A stretch of DNA of 64,000 nt, from contig SMSO01000034.1 in NCBI GenBank assembly GCA_004764695.1, positions 2,232,001-2,296,000 of the forward strand, in the 5' to 3' direction. The notes beneath the pieces were generated by a model. It searched no databases. It was given only the letters and a program-made list of their open reading frames with translations, and was not told the origin of the DNA. Shown here one piece after another: positions 56,664 to 64,000 of this stretch. The stretch is from Schizochytrium sp. TIO01 (taxonomy: Eukaryota > Protista > Bigyra: Labyrinthulomycetes). Positions within the stretch are counted from its first letter, which is position 1, and each line of letters starts with the position of its first letter. A program made the translations under genes and the position numbers.

Positions 56664-57216
56664 CCTGCGGAATCAAACTTTAGGGGAACCCGCGCCCTTC
56701 CCCGGCCACTAGCGTAACAACTATCTGGGTCCTAGCTCGCCCGCTCTCTTCTCTTTGCCCGTCGTCGTTTCGTTCGTCGGTTTTAAGAGGTGCTTTGGTG
56801 TTCACTCGCTCCGAGTTAATGGAGTTTGGTTGAACTCGTCGCAGCAGTGGCGTCGGTCACCACGATGCGCGGTATATATCGCTCGACAATTCCGCGGCAG
56901 AGTTTGGGGTTTGCTGCAGCTCCGGCCGAGCTTTTGCTCTTCTTCTACATCGGTTAGCCTTCGCAGCTGAGCCTCTCTCGTTTCCCTGTTCTTTCCGCGC
57001 GTTCTACTCCCTATACTACCACCCAGTTACGGACTCCTACCATAGCCTGGCCTCGCTGTTCTTTTCTTCTGTCCTCTCATCGTCTTTTCTAAGTGTAGTA
57101 CTAATTATAATTAGCACATCGTATGTAAATTAACTAACCTGAAACATCTTTTGATCTCCTTATTACGCGTTATGTCCATCGACTTTAAACGATCTGTTCA
57201 ATGATTGAAAGAGCGA

Positions 57217-57520
57217 CAGAAAGAAAGAAAGAAAGAATGAAGGAATGAATGAACGAATGAATGAAGGAATGAAACCTCGGCCTCGAGAGAACCCTTGTAA
57301 TTAGGCGGCTCCGAAGAGGAATCTCCGGCAGCCACCATGTCGTGTACGCAGTCTCTGGCGGCCTCGTGCCGTCGGCGCTGCTCCTTCTCCAGACTCGCAG
57401 CGGCTTCGGCGCAGACCTTTGAGGTCCCGTTCGGCAAAGCTCTGCGTTTTCCCGTTTGTTATTTGTTGTTTGTTTGTTTGTTATTTGTTATTCTTTCTTT
57501 CTTTCTTTCTTTCTTTCAAA
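57217..57520. repeat. (GAAA)/(GAAT) and (TTTG)/(TTTC) microsatellite patches
   Basis: Tandem units at 57217-57272 and ~57455-57520. Confidence 0.8.
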
Positions 57521-58299
57521 GCTCTTTCTTTCAAAGTTCTTTTGAAAGGAACGATTGAAAGAAAGGAAGTATTGAATGAATTCCTCACTTCCCTATTAAC
57601 TCCTTACTGCCTTTAAAAACAAAGTTAAAACATTATTAAAAATAAACTCCTACCAGTTAACGTAATGGGCACTACCCCCCTTCTTCCATGGTCACTGTAG
57701 CCGCGCGAAGAGTAACACTAAAGATAACACCAACCATAACGATAGAGATAACAATGGGTGAGTGAAAATAGAAGTGCCTTACATGAGAAACAGCGAAAAG
57801 ATAACAAAGAAGATAACAGTACGGCGAAACCCACCTCTATGGCCCTCATGACCCTGGGGTTCATAACATCTCAACTTATGTGGCAGAGGGAAAGTGTTCT
57901 TCAAAGTTTCTTTGGCTGTTATAAAAATCTTATAAAATAAAATAGTTGATTTCAAAATATCATAATTATTATCATGAGAACAAACGTCGGTATTTCTGCT
58001 CTTTACTGCGCTTTCACTGCGGTGGCCGCTCTCCTTCGCGCAGGAAGCGGAAGGCGGACCAGGCTCGCGAGAACAGAGGATGCAGCACACACGTAAACCT
58101 CTGCTTCTCTCCGCGAAGACCACCATCTCAGGTGTCTGCGACGTCGTGTTCGGCCAAACTTGAGATGGGAGACGAAAGGCTCTTTCAGTCGAAGCGAGGG
58201 AGCGCTATGTAACCTATAGGAGTGTCCTAACGGGGAAAGGACTACAACAGTTGTACTATGGGAGGCAAGTAATACGAAGAAAAGGAGCTGCGGGAGTCG

Positions 58300-59230
58300 A
58301 GAACGACCTTGGACCGCATAGGATGAGGTTACCCACAGTGATGGCTGCCTGTGTTGTGGTGGTCGCTTGAGAAGGAAAGATGGAGCCCCAGTTTCAAAGA
58401 AGTTGGTGCTGACAATGAACTTCGTTCGCATGGGCTTGAAGAACTCTGCTTGCGAGTTGGAGTTGAGGGACTTGAATTGGCCAAGGGCTGTGTCGGAATG
58501 CATCGTAGAGCGATGATATCGATACGGAATCCAGTTGGCCTGGAACAAAAGTGTAGCCAGCGAGCACTTCTTCCACCGCGGATGTTCCAAAGTCCCAAGC
58601 AGGGCTCGGCGGAGCAGGGCTCAACTCCGAGCTCCTGGCTGGCTGCGCTTACTTGGTCGGCGATGAGAGCACTAAAGCCGCTCGCAACCTCGCTGGTGAG
58701 ATGGACATTGGACACCGTGGAAGAATAAGTCTTGACGCTGCGTCTTTCAAAGGGCCACACGCTTTGGGCAGCGAAGAATGCTCTCTGGCCTGGAGATAGA
58801 CGCCTAGGTGTCGGATATGTTCGCTGGACCTCCGGTTTTGATAGTGATTGAAGATGACAATGGACGTGCTGTGCTTTGGTGAATCATGTAAGCAGCGCAG
58901 ACGAAAACGATAGGCTCTGCACGTCGCGGGCAAGTTGGATACGAACCATAGTTCGATTATTGGCTGGCACGCTGGAGACTCCCACACTACTTATAATTGC
59001 ACCTCGGTCATCATCCGAGGAGCTATAACCGTGATTGGATTTGGAGAAACAATGGCGAGTGTCACGACGTAACGAGTGAGTTGTATTCTGATCTTCCGCG
59101 AAGCCTAGCATCGCTGCTGATCATGCAGCCGTGCGTAGTTGCGATTCCTATGAACATTAACATTCTTCGAAGCTGGTTAGTAGGTAGCGATGCAATGCCT
59201 CAACAGAGAGATGTAAGAGGATTTCGTGGA
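58300..59230 (-). mobile_element. Probable decayed non-LTR retrotransposon (LINE) reverse-transcriptase fragment
   Basis: Collinear RT-like remnants in shifting frames: LLHLSVEALHRYL (~59183-59220), GIATTHG..ISS then MLGFAED (~59090-59111, FADD-like) and EHIRHLGVYL (~58795-58824, YLG-like). Boundaries approximate. Confidence 0.5.
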
Positions 59231-60429
59231 AACAGTACGAGTAGGTTTACTGCTACACGGGGTTGGTACCGAACCGTCCGAAGCAAACTGCTCGGCTTCT
59301 TCCAAGTCTAAGGACTCCCATTCAAGTCAGTGATGGGTACTGGCAGATCGATAACAACCACTGTGAGACCTTAGCGATATCCTTATTTAAAATAGGAGCA
59401 TTAGCTACAGTAAGAAGTACTTCATGATATAGATTAGTGCCTCTACACCCTCAATTTGTAGCCGAGCTATGATGCAAAGCTAATGGACTTGTTCTAGTTT
59501 AACCTACATACATTTGTACTAGTGTGCTGGTTGGACTATCGTCCTGGATTGTGGCTTCATCTTGCCTATCGCGTGCCGTTCTTTTCTAAGAAATTACAAT
59601 TGGAGACCGAAGCGATGTAAATGCCTCCATTCACTGAACAAGATCAAGTTCTTAAAGTTTAACTTTAGGGGAAGCTGCCAATTCAGGAATCATGAAGTTG
59701 ACGAAAGTACGATTGACTTGAGACTTCGATTAGTGGCAGCTCTTCTGGTATGGAAAATATAATTTTACTAGAAACACAACGACACGAGTCATTGTAAAAC
59801 CACGTTGTTTACTTTCCTCATTCCACGTCTTCCCAGTCATAATGAATGAGAGCATGCCTCATAAACATTACGAAAACGGCATCTTTCGAAACAGGAAGAA
59901 AAAACTCAGCACCATGGGCATGAAGATCATGATTTTATTTATCAAAGAATCCAATGCATAAGTCGAGAAGCGTATTAAACCCCTTCGCTTTTCTTTACCT
60001 TGTGGCGAAATATTTTGCCAGCCCAAGTTCTGCTCTACCTAGCATCTCCAAACAATCCTTTATTTAATTAAATAAGTGGCTGGTATTTTCACAAGAGCCA
60101 CATGTAATACGGAGCTTCATTCACTACAATAGGAGGTAGGCAAACCCATACTATTAGATATCAAGACGTTTTCTCTCACGAAGAAATAAACCCGATGTTC
60201 GCTCTAGCTATACAACAAGCAAATTATTACAGCAGCCACCCGACCCAGCTCGCTTTTCCTTCTCGTTCTCGGTGGCAAGCTAGCGTCCACCATCTGGTCT
60301 CTGCCTCTGTTTGCGACAAGGCTTCAGGCGCCGCTCAAGCTTTGCTCTAGCTACTACCCAAGTGCTTCATCTCACACATCGACCGCAACGATCTCTTGAA
60401 GAGGGAAAGGAAGGGATACTTTCTAACAA

Positions 60430-60917
60430 GACCCACGTTCTCTTTCATTCAACGCCTCTCCTGAGCTCCTCTTGAAGCAGGCAAGGGGGGTAGGTACCTA
60501 CCTACCAAGCTAGCCTCCCTCCTTCCTTCACCACGCCAAAGTCTTGTCCTCATCGGTGTCGATGCCTCAAAAGCAACTTTGCACAGGCGTTCGAGCGCGT
60601 TCGCAATGGCCACCCTCTTTTCACCAGCCTCCTCAGGCTTCGCCAGAGCCCACAAGTTCGCTCAACTTCGACCTCGACTTGCCATCACTGTAACGCATTC
60701 TATGAGTGGCCTGGCAGCTCACGCGTGTGCCACAAGATTGACCAAGGTTGGTGACAATCCGTGCGCACACGTACTTCCCAAGCCGAACTCGAGCTGGAAT
60801 TGCCTTCGAACGAGGGATCGAGCATGTCAACCTTCGCTCGGCCTGGTCTTTACCAAGGCAATCTATCACCTTCATCTTGACCGGAACAATCTCATCGCCT
60901 CCGCCACCAGTACCTAG
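60430..60917 (+). mobile_element. Probable decayed LINE ORF2 C-terminal fragment (zf-RVT region)
   Basis: SFIQRLS*APLEAG at 60441, CPH at 60545, and KAIYHLHLDRNN at 60855-60890, resembling the IYxIWxERN C-terminal motif. Confidence 0.45.
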
Positions 60918-62099
60918 CTAGGATTGTATCAATCTATCTGTCCACAAGTTTCACGCACGAATTGCATTCTGTATAAAACTTAATGTAATGTGTGGGTGTG
61001 CACTCTACTTCACGAAGATGAATGCAATGAGCGCCACGAAATGAATGAACCAAGCCGAGTGAGCGAGCTGCTCGAGCACTCTCTTGGCCAGAGGCGAAAT
61101 CAAGGCCGCCGTGAAAGGCAACATCCTCAGGCTGGTCCGCCACCGAACCTGCCAACCTCGGACTCGAAGTTATCCTTGAGTGCGCAAGGCCTGAATAGTT
61201 TAGTTCTTTCTGACGTGTTGAAGCAATCGCGGCGCGTACCTACCTCTTACTTCTTATCTAGGGACTACTTCGTTCGATGATATTTTCACAATTTGCATTT
61301 TACACATATCCGCTGCTACAAGTTTTACTATATCTTCACTAGCACGTCGTGCTCCAAAAATCGATTCAAGAGAAATCAACAGAAGCCGCGACGGCCTCTG
61401 TTCTGTGCACGAGCACGCTTTCGGCGATCCTCGGAGCATATCCCTGAATGTGGCAGAGGCTGTAATATGAGGTTATAAAAAGCTGTGAAATCCTATGAAA
61501 AGCCATGAAGAGATATGAAAGCGAAGAGTTGTGAAGATCAGATCAGATCAACGAACGATTGTTTCGTAGTTCCAAAATCCATGAGTGAAAACTCTTTTGA
61601 TAGGTAGAAATTGGCTAAGCCCATGTAAGAGTTCCGTCCGTATCAAAGGATTAAAGGAGCTAGAAACAAAAGTTTCTCTTAGTGGAAAGGAGAGAAGAAA
61701 TGCGCGGGAATCGCGTGGAAATTACAGGAGGCTGTGGCGGTCGACCTCGAGCAAACCCAGATTACCTGAGGCCCACGCGAATCGAGTGGCGTGGCACAGG
61801 CGCAAACTGAGCGCAGAGAAAGCCTCCTGTACTTGGAGCTGAGTCTCGCGACGCTGGTGACAGTGTGTGCTGATTTGGACTGGACCGGGACCCAGCCGAG
61901 AGCTTCGCAGACGCTCACGAAGGAAACTTGTAGTTTGAACTCTTGTTACAAAGTCTCAACAGCGACAGCTTCGCCCAAAGCAAGCAAGACGGTAAAGCTT
62001 GATCTTGATCAAGCCTAAAACACCAAGGTTGAAAGCCTTGCCTTGAGATTCGTAGAAAGTCTTTCGAGTTAGGTACAACGCTGAGTCGCATAGCTGAAA

Positions 62100-63590
62100 A
62101 TGGCAAAATCATCCTCTTCATCAGGCCGAGGCCCATCCGATTCTATCGTGGATGCGAACCGCAAATTCGTGCGCCAGGTTTCTGAACTTCTCAAGGGTCT
62201 TGAAGAAACTGGTGCTGGCCTGAGCAAGTCTGCGCAGTCTCGGCTCGCGCAGCTTCGCTCCAACATCCAGGAGCAGCAAGATGAAGTTCTACCGCGTCTT
62301 GCCTCAACAATCAGCATGCTTGAGGAGCGCCGTGATGGCATTAGCGAACGTGCGAAGCCTGTGGTGCGTCGCGTAGTTACTGGCCGTGAGGAAATGTCCA
62401 TCCACGATTGGCTCAACAAGTATACGGTGGTGAAAACCATGGACAAGATCACTTATGTCGTGTCCATTCTATTCTTGCAGGCCACGCAGTACATGTCCAT
62501 GCGCTTCCCAGAATACTTTCGTTTCTACTTTGCCTTGGCAACCGTGTTCCTTCTGTCTGCTCGTGTGTACATGTACGGCAAGATGAACATGCAGTACTTC
62601 TTGTATGATTACTGTTACCTCACTAACCTTCTCTGCGTCATTAATGCCTTGGTGCAGCCAAACAACGCCTTCTTTTGGCAAATCAACTTTGTTGCAGCTA
62701 ATGGTCCTCTTATGTGGGCTATTGTGGCATGGCGTAACAGTCTTGTGTTCCATGACATTGACAAAGTTACCAGCACCTTCATTCACTTTGCCCCGGCACT
62801 TTTGACTTACACTACGCGCTGGAACTTGCACCCTTCGCCTATGTGCCCTCCAGGGTCAAACTCTTGCTCTCTTAATACTATGACCGCCTTTGTTGTGCCA
62901 ATGATTGTTTACATTGCCTGGCAGGCGATGTACCTCATCATCACTGAAAAGGTTGACCGCGCAAAGTTCCAACAGGATCCTTCGCTCATGACTAGCCTTC
63001 GCTGGATTGTGCGCGACAAGAAGAATTCTGTGCATCACCTCATGGTCAAGGTTGGTCGCGACCTTGGCCTTCTTGGCGCCGAGGAGGAGCTTGATCTTGA
63101 TCGCAGACCCGCAGTGCCCATCGGACTTTTTGTGACCTTTCAGCTCATCTTCACCATTCTTACATTCTTGCCGGCACCGATCTTCTTCATGTCGCAGTTT
63201 GCTCACCGTCTTTTGATTATTTGTGTGGGTATTGTCGCCCTCTGGAATGGCGCAGGCTTTCTTTTTGAAGTTTTTGTCAAGCGCTATGAGGACTCTCTCC
63301 AAAAGCGCTCGAGTCAGCCTCGCGATAGCAAGCTTCAACGCAAGTCTTCTTCTTCTTCGGAACGCCGTTCTTCTCAGTCAAGCTCCAAGGGTGATTCATC
63401 GTCAGGTGCCCGTGCAAAGGGATTTTGTGCTGCTCCTAATGCTGCCGACCGTGAAGAGCTCAAGAAATCTCTTCTGTCAGAACATCCTATTCAGGAGTCT
63501 GATGAAGAAGATGATGATGCTCAGTATGAAGATGCGCCTGAGAGCGACGATGAGCATGATGACAAGGACAGCAGCCGTAATCGCAAGTAG
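62100..63590 (+). CDS. GPC1: Glycerophosphocholine acyltransferase (Gpc1/DUF2838 family)
   Basis: QYFLYDYCY, GPLMWAIVAWRNSLVFHDIDKVTSTFIH, WQAMY, TSLRW and WNGA motifs, with multiple TM helices. Confidence 0.9.
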   Translation: MAKSSSSSGRGPSDSIVDANRKFVRQVSELLKGLEETGAGLSKSAQSRLAQLRSNIQEQQDEVLPRLASTISMLEERRDGISERAKPVVRRVVTGREEMSIHDWLNKYTVVKTMDKITYVVSILFLQATQYMSMRFPEYFRFYFALATVFLLSARVYMYGKMNMQYFLYDYCYLTNLLCVINALVQPNNAFFWQINFVAANGPLMWAIVAWRNSLVFHDIDKVTSTFIHFAPALLTYTTRWNLHPSPMCPPGSNSCSLNTMTAFVVPMIVYIAWQAMYLIITEKVDRAKFQQDPSLMTSLRWIVRDKKNSVHHLMVKVGRDLGLLGAEEELDLDRRPAVPIGLFVTFQLIFTILTFLPAPIFFMSQFAHRLLIICVGIVALWNGAGFLFEVFVKRYEDSLQKRSSQPRDSKLQRKSSSSSERRSSQSSSKGDSSSGARAKGFCAAPNAADREELKKSLLSEHPIQESDEEDDDAQYEDAPESDDEHDDKDSSRNRK

Positions 63591-64000
63591 AAATACACAT
63601 ATCTTGACAATCTATCATAATGCAGGCTGATAAGCACCAACAGGCGTTGGGTTTGGTCTGGTGGCGTGTGAGTGCATGATTTTATATCCCTTACTTTAGC
63701 TCCTTGTGCCAACTATTCAATTATTTTTATACTTTACTTGTATCTATGCTCTTGATGAGCAGGTCTTCAATTTTGACTAAAAATATTCACTTACATTTGC
63801 ATTTTTTCTCTTACCCTAGCGGAATTGGAGAGTTGGAGAGTTAATGTTTGCCTTTTAAAAAGTTGTCAGGGAAAATATCTTGAGCTCTCAATACTCCAGT
63901 CAATGTCTGCATTTCAGCATTACATATCTATACTATTCTTTAAATACACTCTTTCGTTGTATCAATTACACATTTTTTTAATATATTTGATCAAGAAGAC

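Overview
Eukaryotic, intron-poor, gene-dense genomic DNA. Gene content and style suggest a stramenopile protist such as a thraustochytrid (inference). About 19 protein-coding genes are supported: a partial TIR protein, an orphan with a PBCV basic-adaptor-like tail, a secreted sulfatase, a BAR/Pro-rich/WW protein, a U2SURP-like protein, a multipass membrane protein, a cNMP-RGS protein, an IMPase-kinase fusion, AIG1-like and CREST-like membrane hydrolases, a PH-cPLA2, a secreted PDZ-PA protein, FolD, eIF2D, an AMBRA1-like protein, AlaRS, an orphan, an SDR and GPC1. There are also microsatellites and probable decayed LINE fragments. Main findings: (1) a phased array of 15 degenerate 11-bp motifs (AGTRRRKTATA) with variable spacers, six consecutive intervals exactly 23 bp, between divergent FolD and eIF2D, with related copies near other genes; (2) three otherwise intact genes each broken by a single +1 shift in a short homopolymer, most likely assembly errors, though one sits on a UUU_CGA +1 slippery motif; (3) several unusual domain fusions; (4) active-site substitutions in FolD and AlaRS. 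No rRNA, tRNA or CRISPR array was recognised. All family calls come from motif recognition, not database searches.
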